DNA of 64,000 bases from an uncultured archaeon (GTDB lineage Archaea; Asgardarchaeota; Lokiarchaeia; Sigyniarchaeales; SOKP01). The notes under the pieces are model-generated. The model did no database searches. It was given only the letters and a program-made list of their open reading frames with translations, and was not told the origin of the DNA. The position numbers and the translations under genes were made by a program. Location of the stretch: NCBI GenBank assembly GCA_964486045.1, contig CAZALK010000003.1, positions 160,001 through 224,000 of the forward strand. The letters are read 5' to 3'. This document shows, in pieces, positions 21,326 through 30,020 of this stretch (positions within the stretch are counted from its first letter, which is position 1; the number at the start of each line of letters is the position of its first letter).

Positions 21326-21532
21326 ATGGTTAACTTAAAAAAACTACCCGAGGAATGCGATATTTGTGGCAGAACTGGACCACTAGAAGAGGAGCTGTGG
21401 TATTGTAAGAAATGTAAAAAATACTACTGCCACGATTGTGCAATAATCTCAGAAGGAGAAGCATCTTATGCTCAGTATACTATAACAACGTATGTTAAAT
21501 GTCCAGAGTTGCACATAATAGGTAAGTATTAG
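21326..21532 (+). CDS. small Zn-finger protein
   Basis: CDICG, CKKC, CHDC, CPELH. Confidence 0.65.
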   Translation: MVNLKKLPEECDICGRTGPLEEELWYCKKCKKYYCHDCAIISEGEASYAQYTITTYVKCPELHIIGKY

Positions 21533-21641
21533 TTTTATTTGAGGTGATAAAAATTAGTGCACCCTCTCGGATTTTTTCTTTATATATCCTTGACTTTTTT
21601 TAGCAATAATACTCAAATAATCAAAATCAAAGTGTAAAAAA

Positions 21642-21890
21642 GTGCCTGATAGATATACCCAAAGTTTTTTTGCCCAATCCACAAGGATAACCACAAGAGA
21701 GAACACTACTAAGATAGAGGCAATGATTAATGGAGAAACTGAAGAAGATGTGCTTCTCAAATTAAATAATGGGGTTGAAAATTGGTTCCCAAAATCGACT
21801 ATAAAATCTCACTATTCTCCTGAAAAAGAAATATCCCAAATCTTCCTCATTGATTCCTGGATACTTGAAAGAAAAAAGATAGCAGAATAA
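21642..21890 (+). CDS. small hypothetical protein
   Basis: ETEEDVLL...WFPKSTI...IDSWIL beta-rich pattern; start uncertain. Confidence 0.5.
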   Translation: MPDRYTQSFFAQSTRITTRENTTKIEAMINGETEEDVLLKLNNGVENWFPKSTIKSHYSPEKEISQIFLIDSWILERKKIAE

Positions 21891-21952
21891 AGGTCCGTTT
21901 TTTAAAATCATATTTTCCCTCCTATTATTTTTTTCCATATTGGAAATAAGTT

Positions 21953-22465
21953 TTACCCCCCTTCCATTTTTTTTCTCAGCAGTGAAATCGCAATTGCACT
22001 ACTCACTTGCTGTTTCTGGATAAAATCAATAAGGAGATCGTTATCAACATTACTTACATCAATCTTTTCAACAACTTTGTCGACTTCATTTTCAATTTCA
22101 CTTACATGTTTTTCAATCGCTTTTCCTATCTTTCTATGAATTCCCCACGTGCCTATGAATCGTTGCTCTACAGGATTGCTTGGGAGAATAATGTTCTTTA
22201 TTTTTTCCCTAACAGCTTTTCGTACTAGATCTGAGATATTTTTATATTCGGTGAGGTCGACATATTGCTGATAAAGCGCGATCTCTTCAGGGAGTATGCG
22301 AATAGTTAATTTTTCACCTTTAGGTTTTTTCGCATTCTCTTTTTCCAGCACTTCCTCGAGTTTTTCTAAGATCTCATCATTTAGTGCAACTATTTTTTCC
22401 ACTACCATAAAAGATAATTTTCGTCTAAAAAATATAAAATTTGTCAATGTATAGACAAACTTCAC
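21953..22465 (-). CDS. ribbon-helix-helix (CopG-like) DNA-binding protein
   Basis: LTIRI...NISDLVRKAVRE pattern. Confidence 0.55.
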   Translation of the reverse strand: MKFVYTLTNFIFFRRKLSFMVVEKIVALNDEILEKLEEVLEKENAKKPKGEKLTIRILPEEIALYQQYVDLTEYKNISDLVRKAVREKIKNIILPSNPVEQRFIGTWGIHRKIGKAIEKHVSEIENEVDKVVEKIDVSNVDNDLLIDFIQKQQVSSAIAISLLRKKMEGG

Positions 22466-22547
22466 ATTTGTATCAACAATTTTAAAAATCCATCACTCAC
22501 GTTCTTTATTTTAAATTTAATTTTTGTGTAACCTCTTAAGTATCCGT

Positions 22548-22680
22548 GCATGATAGCATGTTGAGGGGTTGTATATATGCGTTCATACCGCAAAATCTTA
22601 CGTTCGTAAGGTTGGATGTGAACCGTATTCAAATTAATTAGGGGAAAAATTTTTTTGCTTCTCTCTCATAGGTATCATGC
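22548..22680 (+). ncRNA. candidate structured RNA, unknown family
   Basis: closing stem GCAUGAUA/UAUCAUGC; GAGGGG/CUCUC; GUUCAUA/UGUGAAC with a G-U pair on +; CUUAC/GUAAG hairpin. Confidence 0.45.
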
Positions 22681-22925
22681 TGGCTACTTCTCATAATATA
22701 ATTATAATACTCTTCTTTTGTTTACTAAAATTTAATTGAAAAACGGTCAGTGCTATTTAATGTGTCTTATTAAAAAGCTTCCTATTCTCTCAAGTATCAA
22801 GTCTCTACTTTTAAAATTATTCCAATCTGCAGTCTCGAAAAGTTCCTCTACTTTTGCTTTATGTTGTCGTAGATAAAAGATTTGATAATATTAGATGTTC
22901 AAAAGAATTTAAAGAGTTAATTGGT

Positions 22926-22945
22926 AAAAAAAAAAAAAAAAAAAA
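22926..22945 (-). terminator. oligo(U) terminator candidate (20 T on the minus strand)
   Basis: 20-nt A run on + immediately after the stop codon of 22948..24639(-). Confidence 0.55.
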
Positions 22946-22947
22946 TT

Positions 22948-24639
22948 TTAATCTTTCACTTTATTTTTTCTTACTGGTTTACGTTTTACATATAATATAA
23001 TGATTATAACAACTCCAAGTAATGTTCCAGTAAATAGATAGGTAATTTGAAAACCAGGAATTCTATCTTCCTCAAATGTAACTAGGATTGTGGTTTCTTG
23101 AATATTGTTTGCTTTATCTACTGCTCGAGCTGTAATGTTATGAAGTCCAAAACCATAATCTGCTGTATCTAAACTATAAACTACTTCAGGATACGGGTAA
23201 TAATCTGGCATTTGTTCATCTTCCAATAATTCACCGTTAAGATAAATCTGAATTTTATCGAGAGCCTGATCATCATTTCCTTCAGCTGTAATATTAACGA
23301 TACCTTTTAATCCCGCATTCGCATTTGGATTTGTAATTATTACCGTAGGATCAACATTATCTACTGGAGCAATTCCGTCTTCATTAATACCTACTTGAGT
23401 GGAAACAATTTGACCTCGTCTTCCGTCTACATCTTCAACAAAAAAGGAAAGCATATAGTCAGAGTTATTTATAGGGGAATTGATCGCTACTCTTCCAGTA
23501 AAGTTACCGTTCCCATCAGGTGTTAATTCCCATTGATATGAAGTTTCATTCGCATCCCAAAGTCCCATTGATTCATTATCTCTCGGTTCTGGGGGTGTCC
23601 AATTTTCAGATACTACTCTAGAAATCAACTTTGCAATGTTTGTTGAATTATCAACTCCTACAGTAAGTTGAATATTTATTATTGCGGGATTATATTCCAC
23701 CCAAAATTTTAATGGTACATACAAGAGTTGTGGTAGTTGAATCAGAGTAGGAGGGCATCCTTGAGTTAAATAGGTATTTTTTGCATCAATTCCATCTCCT
23801 GTACTTGGAAGGTGTCCCCAAGCATTTACTATATGTCCAACACCATCATGATTATCATCAATAACCGGTCTTTGCATATCTCCATAACCTAAAGCGATAA
23901 TCTCATTATTAGCATCCACGAAAGCATCTCCAATAGAATTTCCTGCAAGAATGGATGTGAAAAGACCTTCTCCAAACAATGAAATATGAGGTGGGATCGG
24001 ACTCCACCATGCGCTATAACCAGGTTCAGTTGAGGTCATAATTATTCTATCCGATTTACTTAATTCGTCTACGAAAGTTCCTGAAGAACATGCTTCATAA
24101 ACAACAATAATTCGATCACTTCCAGAAGCTGCTTCAAAATCGTCCAGGTATTGATCAAGTTCACTTGCAGTTAATGAAGGATAAGGATAATTTGCCATTG
24201 CGTCGGTTCCTCCATGATCATGCAAGTAAACTGCTAAAACACCATTTGGACCAACTATATCAGGCGCCCATGTATTAAATGCATAATTTAAATTAGTAGG
24301 AGAACTATCCCCATATTCCCGTGAAGTTTGTGTGAGAGCAACATCTGGAACTAACATTAATATTTCATTATCATTATTGCCTAGTGCTAATGCTTGATCA
24401 TAGACCCATTCGAGTGTCAATAATACTAAATCCCATGCATGATGATTTGATTTATCTCCCCCAATAATTATCCAAGCATCTACACACTCGTATTGAGCAG
24501 CACTAGCTTTAACAGAAATGTCGGAATTAGTATCAAATTGGTTATAATTCATATTTCCGCCAGAATTTAGCGACCAATACTGAAAATTAGAGAAAATAAT
24601 ATAAGTAAGTAGAATTAGTCCCAGCTTTTTTTTATCCAT
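22948..24639 (-). CDS. surface-anchored clan CD (C13/legumain-like) cysteine peptidase with Ig-like domain and IPGF-TM anchor
   Basis: signal peptide; His-Cys dyad YLHDHGG...YEACSSG; Ig-like PTVIITNP...ITARAVDKANN; RIPGF-TM-KRK. Confidence 0.75.
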   Translation of the reverse strand: MDKKKLGLILLTYIIFSNFQYWSLNSGGNMNYNQFDTNSDISVKASAAQYECVDAWIIIGGDKSNHHAWDLVLLTLEWVYDQALALGNNDNEILMLVPDVALTQTSREYGDSSPTNLNYAFNTWAPDIVGPNGVLAVYLHDHGGTDAMANYPYPSLTASELDQYLDDFEAASGSDRIIVVYEACSSGTFVDELSKSDRIIMTSTEPGYSAWWSPIPPHISLFGEGLFTSILAGNSIGDAFVDANNEIIALGYGDMQRPVIDDNHDGVGHIVNAWGHLPSTGDGIDAKNTYLTQGCPPTLIQLPQLLYVPLKFWVEYNPAIINIQLTVGVDNSTNIAKLISRVVSENWTPPEPRDNESMGLWDANETSYQWELTPDGNGNFTGRVAINSPINNSDYMLSFFVEDVDGRRGQIVSTQVGINEDGIAPVDNVDPTVIITNPNANAGLKGIVNITAEGNDDQALDKIQIYLNGELLEDEQMPDYYPYPEVVYSLDTADYGFGLHNITARAVDKANNIQETTILVTFEEDRIPGFQITYLFTGTLLGVVIIIILYVKRKPVRKNKVKD

Positions 24640-25036
24640 TTTTTTTCATTCCTTCATTTATTTAATTTTTCAATATTATCTTTATGACGAAAATATTTCT
24701 TCATAATATATAATCGCTTTTGATTAAATGATGTATGGTTAATGATCACAATGCGATATTTAAATCTATGGTAGAGAGGTAGCATTTAATATTAGCTCAA
24801 GCAAAATAGAAAAACAGTAATCAAATAATAGGGTCTCAAATTCAGGTTCAAATCTTTTTAAATTTTGTCCCAATTTCCTATGAAATTGGAATGGAAAGGT
24901 AAATTCAACTTCTGATTTTAATGAAAATTTCTTTGAAAAAATAATGCCCATTGTAGATAAATTTAAATTTTGAGAAAAGAATTTTCAAAAATTATTTTCA
25001 GAACAAGAATTTCATTGATGTTTAGATAACAATCTA

Positions 25037-25399
25037 TTAAGATAGACGATACTTACCTTTTTGAAGCTTTTCTATATTGACTCTTATTTGCGTATAACCT
25101 AAGTCTTTAATATTCGATATACTTATAATAAGCCCAGTCTGCTTCATATCTACTTTGAACTTGTCAGAACGGAAATATTCTCGTAGTATTGTTCCGTGAT
25201 GATATCCATGTATTAATTTTAAACCACTTACTCCGCGATAAACACATTTTTCTAATTTTGATTCTACGTAAACCATAGCTTCTTTAAGCGTTAACCCATG
25301 TAAATCAATCGGAAGAAAATGAGCATTTTCTATATGTCTTTTTAGAAATAATTCATCTAAGTACTTTTTTCCACAATATTTGCAAATTTGAAATTTCAA
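25037..25399 (-). CDS. C2H2 Zn finger + Smr domain protein
   Basis: CKYCGK...LKRHIENAH, then IDLHGLT...LIHGYHHG. Confidence 0.8.
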   Translation of the reverse strand: MKFQICKYCGKKYLDELFLKRHIENAHFLPIDLHGLTLKEAMVYVESKLEKCVYRGVSGLKLIHGYHHGTILREYFRSDKFKVDMKQTGLIISISNIKDLGYTQIRVNIEKLQKGKYRLS

Positions 25400-25887
25400 G
25401 TATACTTCCGTTGATTTGTTTATCTTATTTTATTTACTAAATCATAATTTTTAATCTTGATTTAAATTCGAGATTATTAAAAGAAGAGAATCCTCCAATT
25501 CCTACTGAAAAAGATATTTTTAAACCAAAAGTTCTGCTTTTTGAAAGATTATCGTTCCTTTTAAATAATTCTAAATATATTTCTGTAATAAATAATCAGT
25601 TTTCTATTCTTATTAAATTTGTAAAAGAAATTTTAAAACTTGTTGACTTAAAAGAAAAGATGATTTTAGAAAACCTCAGAAAGCATCTTAGAAATGAACT
25701 AAATATTAATTGGAGATCAGATAACATTAAAAAAATTCTAATCGCTTTAAAAGTTTATAAGAAACTAATATTTGAAATTTAATAACAAATTTTGATGTAA
25801 GAAAAAAGTTGTACACACGGTTAATAAAGTTTAATTTAAACTAAAGACATTATTGTACTAAAAGGAAAGATGTATTAATTTTATAAA

Positions 25888-25894
25888 GGAGGTT
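25888..25894 (+). promoter_or_regulatory. Shine-Dalgarno site for the thiolase
   Basis: GGAGGTT, with its GGAGG core 8 nt upstream of ACG at 25901. Confidence 0.65.
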
Positions 25895-25900
25895 GTTAAA

Positions 25901-27106
25901 ACGGTTACTCATGGTATTAAAGATAAAGTTGCAGTAATCGGCTGCGATGCCACTAAATTTGGTGAATTGTGGGATAAAAGCAAAGAAGATTTACTGTTTG
26001 AATCTACTCAAGGCGCTATTAAGGATGCAGGGATTAAAAAAGATGAAATTGATGCTGCATGGCTCGGAGTTTATTATTTTTTCACAGGTGTTTCTGGAAC
26101 CACATTGGAAGATTCATTAAGATTAGGTGGGAAGCCTATAACTAGAGTTGAAAATTATTGCGCAAGCGGAATGGAATCTATAATACTTCGTTATTGATAT
26201 TCAAACGCTTTCCGCAATGCTTGTTTTGGTGTGGCATCGGGAGCTTATGATGTGGCATTAGCTTGTGGTGTTGAAAAGCTAATGGATGAAGGTGGTAGAG
26301 GATTGCCTGGAACAACAGTAATGGGACATCCAGTATTACCACGACCTTCAGCACCAGCTATGTTTTGTTTATTAGCTACTCGTAGTTTTCATGAATTCGG
26401 TTGGAGAAAAGAAGATCTAGCTCGTGTAGCAGTTAAGAATCACGAAAATGGATTTTATCATCCAAAGGCTCATTTCAGAATGAAAATTACATTAGAACAA
26501 GCTATGAATGCCCCAATGATAGCAGATCCACTCGGACGATTTGATTGTTGCGCGATGAGTGATGGTTCTGCTGCATTAATCCTTACTCGACCTGAATTAG
26601 CAGAGTCTTATGCTCATGCTGACGATTATGTTCTTGTTAAATCAAACTCACTTTCAGTTCATTCGGCTTATCCATGGTATGATCCAAAGTTTGATTTTAT
26701 ATGTGCTCCAGCTACGATTGATGCAGCAAAAATGGCATATAAAGAAGCAAACATTACAAACCCAAGAAAAGAAATTGATTTAGCAGAAGTTCACGATTGT
26801 TTTACAATAACTGAGTTATTAAATTGCCAAGATCTACAACTATGTGATAGTGGGAAAGCTGCCGAAGAATTACAAAAAGGTACTTTTAATTGGGATGGTG
26901 AAACTGCGATAAATCCAAGTGGTGGCCTAAAATCTTTCGGGCATCCTATAGGGAGTACTGGTTGTAGGATGGTTCAAGAAGTTACTAAACAACTTCAAGG
27001 AAGAGCTGAGGGAAGACAAGTACCTGATGCAAAAACTGGATTAGCTCACAATCTTGGTGGGGCTTATGCTGTCTGTTCTGTGACTATTTTAGGGCAGAGA
27101 GATTAA
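25901..27106 (+). CDS. acetyl-CoA acetyltransferase (SCP2-type thiolase), join(25901..26174,26205..27106), 391 aa after splicing
   Basis: N-terminus xVTHGIKDKVAVIG; spliced RVENYCASGMDAFRNACFGVASG; EVHDCF, NPSGGLKSFGHPIG and AHNLGG motifs; starts at ACG. Confidence 0.9.
26175..26204 (+). other. 30-nt bulge-helix-bulge intron in the thiolase mRNA
   Basis: exon helix AAGCG/CGCUU, central helix GAAU/AUUC, bulges GGA and AAA, intron helix AUC/GAU + AUAA/UUAU; carries an in-frame TGA. Confidence 0.88.
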
Positions 27107-27294
27107 AGTTTATTAAACATTTTGGAAACCGAAAATAGAGTTTCTTTCTTTCTTTCTTATTTCTTTTTCACAATTTCAGAGGTAGAAAGAAGACAAATAC
27201 AAAGTGATAAAAAAAGAACTATAATTTCAGTTTGTTTAATGTTTTCGAAAATTTATTTAAAAAATTATTTAATGATCTATTAATTTTGATTACC

Positions 27295-28178
27295 ATGAAT
27301 GAATCATTTAATAAATTTCAAGGAGACGTAAAAACCGATAATTTAAAGTATCTTGCAGATCCCCAACTTAGAAATATTGTAAATGTGTCTATTGCTTTAG
27401 AACGTCCCTTACTAGTAAAGGGAGAACCCGGAACCGGAAAAACTATGCTAGCTCACGCAATATCGCAGAGTTTGAGTAAAAAACTACTAATTTGGAATGT
27501 TAAAAGCACTACTGAGGCTATTGACGGGTGCTATATGTATGATACAGTTCAACGTTTAAATGATAGTAGATTTGGTTCAGAAGACCGAGACGTAAACAAA
27601 ATTCACGATTACATTACATTTGGTCCCCTTGGAGAAGCATTTGACGCTAACGAACAAGTTGTTCTCCTTATCGATGAGATCGATAAAGCAGATATAATGT
27701 CTAATAATAATTAGCATTACTGCATATTGAGTTTCCGAACGACTTGCTACAAGAATTAGATGTAATGGAGTTCTATGTAAAAGAGACAAAAGAATTTGTA
27801 AAAACTAAAAAGCGGCCAATAGTGATAATTACTTCGAATAATGAAAAAGAACTTCCAGATGCCTTCTTAAGAAGGTGTGTATTTCACTGGATTGAATTCC
27901 CTTCTAGAGGATTTATGACAGAAATATGTAATCTCCATTACCCAAATCTTAAAACAAATTTATTAGATCAATGTCTTAAACACTTTTATGCATTGCGCGC
28001 GATTACAAAACTTAGAAAATTGCCTTCTACTTCCGAACTCCTAGATTGGATTGGAGTACTTTTAAAAAGTGGGATTAGTATTGACCAATTAAAAAAAGAA
28101 ATTCCTTTCTTAGGTGTTCTCATAAAGAAAGAAAAGGATCTCGAATTTGCATTAGAAAAACTTAAATTTCCTTCATGA
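27295..28178 (+). CDS. MoxR-family AAA+ ATPase, join(27295..27693,27726..28178), 283 aa after splicing
   Basis: Walker A GEPGTGKT; spliced Walker B region LLIDEIDKADIEFPNDLLQELD; ITSNNEKELPDAFLRRC; PSTSELLDW. Confidence 0.9.
27694..27725 (+). other. 32-nt bulge-helix-bulge intron in the MoxR mRNA
   Basis: central helix GCAG/CUGC, bulges AUA and AUA, intron helices UAAUG/CAUUA and CUAAU/AUUAG; causes a TAG and a frameshift if unspliced. Confidence 0.88.
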
Positions 28179-28362
28179 TCAATAAGTAGACTTAAAGAAA
28201 TCCATTTTTTTTTTGATTTTATTATTTTGATATTAATGTTATCTCCAATTTGGACATCCTTTTCCTCTGCGAATATTATCTGGAGTCGCATTCCATATTT
28301 TTCAGCAGTCATGATGATAAACATATGTTAATTCCATTAAATTTATCTAAAGATAATAAGGT

Positions 28363-28422
28363 TTATTTAGTCGCAATACAACCAATAATAGCCACTTTAT
28401 CTTTAATTCCATGAGTAACCAT
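28363..28422 (-). pseudogene. 19-codon thiolase 5' remnant (MVTHGIKDKVAIIGCIATK*)
   Basis: 46/58 nt identical to 25901-25958 in inverted orientation; starts 2 nt after the stop codon of the HMGS-like/DUF35 gene. Confidence 0.85.
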
Positions 28423-28424
28423 TA

Positions 28425-29864
28425 TTAAAACCTCCCCCTAACTGGTCTACATTTCCAATAATAATTTTTAAATTCACCACCTTCATGCAGCCTTCGAAAT
28501 GTTAATTCAACTTCCGTTCCAATACGGACATTTTCTTCAGGGTTTTCGATTTCGGTCATATTTAACATAACTCGACCGCCACCATCCAAATCAATTACGC
28601 ATCTGGGAACTGGAGTATCATTATAAGCACCCCCTACTAAATGATCAAGAGAATATGTATAAATTTTACCTTTTAAAGCTAGTTTAATCAGTTCCAATTG
28701 GTCATCAGCCCTACATACGATACAAGAACGTGCTGTAGTGGGATACTGAATACTTCCACAGTTTTTACATTTAAGGCCATACATTTTATACACAGCAGGT
28801 GTATCTCGCCATAATGTTACAGCAGAACTTTTTCTTACATATCGGTCTTTTTCAAGAAGTTTTTTATTTTCAACGTAAACATTATAGTTTTTAAGAAGTT
28901 TCATTGATTGTTGATGTCCTGATAAGGCCATATGAGCTTGAGAAAGTTCTTTTAGAGCGTTTATATCATGAACGTGCAATAAAATCCCATCAGCACCATC
29001 ACCAAATCCAACTAACAATGCCTTTGCATTTTTTTTGGGATTTTTTAAGGCAGAGATTAATAATATAAAGGACATTGGAGTTCCGAGATCTCCAAATTGA
29101 AAGAAAAGTCCATTTTGAGCTACTCCCTGATTAAATTTCATCGCCTTTGAAACACGTCCATGTGTTCTAGGATTATTATAATAATATGCTGCGATATCAA
29201 TATCCTCAGGACTTAAGTCATTTCTTTCGATAATCTCAGACATTACTTTTGTAACACTTTGGGTATAAAATTGAGTATCCATTTTCGACTCAAAAGTTCT
29301 TATGAAGCTATCCTCCTTTGTTCTTTTCCACGGCCCTGTTACATTAGCCGAAATAGAATAATAGTCATCTATAACAAGTGGTAAATTTTCCCCTTCACTT
29401 AGGAGAAAAGCTGCAGCACCATCACCAAACGTAAATTCCCAAGTAGTAGCTGGCTCTGCTTCTCTCATATCTGAAGCAATAACAAGTATCTTTGAGACAT
29501 CCTTATTTGCTGTAATTGTGTCAACTGCTCTTGCTAACGCGGTTGTTCCTGCTTTTAGTGAGTCAGTGAAGTCTGCTGTTACAATATCTTCCCTTAAATC
29601 TAATACTGTTGCAATAAACGAGGAGGAATCCTTTTCAGTATACACTTGAGTAGTAGAGGCAAAAAATAAACCGTCAATACTTTTTGGATCAATTCCACTA
29701 AGACAATCTATACCAGCTTCAATAGCCATGGTAAGACTATCCTCATCTGCACTTGCAACAGCCTTGTTACCAGGAACAACAGGAAAATCCCAAGCTTTAG
29801 CGATCAACTCGCGAGGCATTACATACTTTGGTAAGTAAACACCATAAGATTTAATTCCAATCAT
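28425..29864 (-). CDS. HMG-CoA synthase-like + DUF35 (Zn ribbon/OB-fold) fusion protein, thiolase-associated
   Basis: MIGIKSYGVYLP...DEDSLTMA...GDGAAAF N-terminal domain; CKNCG...CIVC, GKIYTYS, VELTFRR, YYWK. Confidence 0.85.
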   Translation of the reverse strand: MIGIKSYGVYLPKYVMPRELIAKAWDFPVVPGNKAVASADEDSLTMAIEAGIDCLSGIDPKSIDGLFFASTTQVYTEKDSSSFIATVLDLREDIVTADFTDSLKAGTTALARAVDTITANKDVSKILVIASDMREAEPATTWEFTFGDGAAAFLLSEGENLPLVIDDYYSISANVTGPWKRTKEDSFIRTFESKMDTQFYTQSVTKVMSEIIERNDLSPEDIDIAAYYYNNPRTHGRVSKAMKFNQGVAQNGLFFQFGDLGTPMSFILLISALKNPKKNAKALLVGFGDGADGILLHVHDINALKELSQAHMALSGHQQSMKLLKNYNVYVENKKLLEKDRYVRKSSAVTLWRDTPAVYKMYGLKCKNCGSIQYPTTARSCIVCRADDQLELIKLALKGKIYTYSLDHLVGGAYNDTPVPRCVIDLDGGGRVMLNMTEIENPEENVRIGTEVELTFRRLHEGGEFKNYYWKCRPVRGRF

Positions 29865-30020
29865 TTACAAATCTCTCCCTTTTTTTTTTATATTCTATTT
29901 ATTATATGATTCTGAATTTTTTAAGGTTAAAATATTTCATTGAAAAAAATTATCAGTTCTAACAACCATCAAATTTTCCAAGCTAGAGTTGAACCGGTTT
30001 CACCTTAGAAAAGAATAATT

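Noticed and set aside
25441-25782. Open plus-strand frame of about 113 codons
   Set aside because: No canonical start near its 5' end and no recognisable motif; possibly a relic.
26195-26197. In-frame TGA in the thiolase read as selenocysteine
   Set aside because: It lies in a 10-codon insert that breaks the conserved CASGxDAFRN helix and does not align to a Cys; the BHB intron explains it fully.
25967-28178. Thiolase and MoxR as pseudogenes or as four separate ORFs
   Set aside because: Each gene has one insertion with exact BHB geometry and otherwise intact motifs.
27986-28324. 112-aa minus-strand ORF
   Set aside because: More than half is antisense to the MoxR 3' exon and it has no recognisable family.
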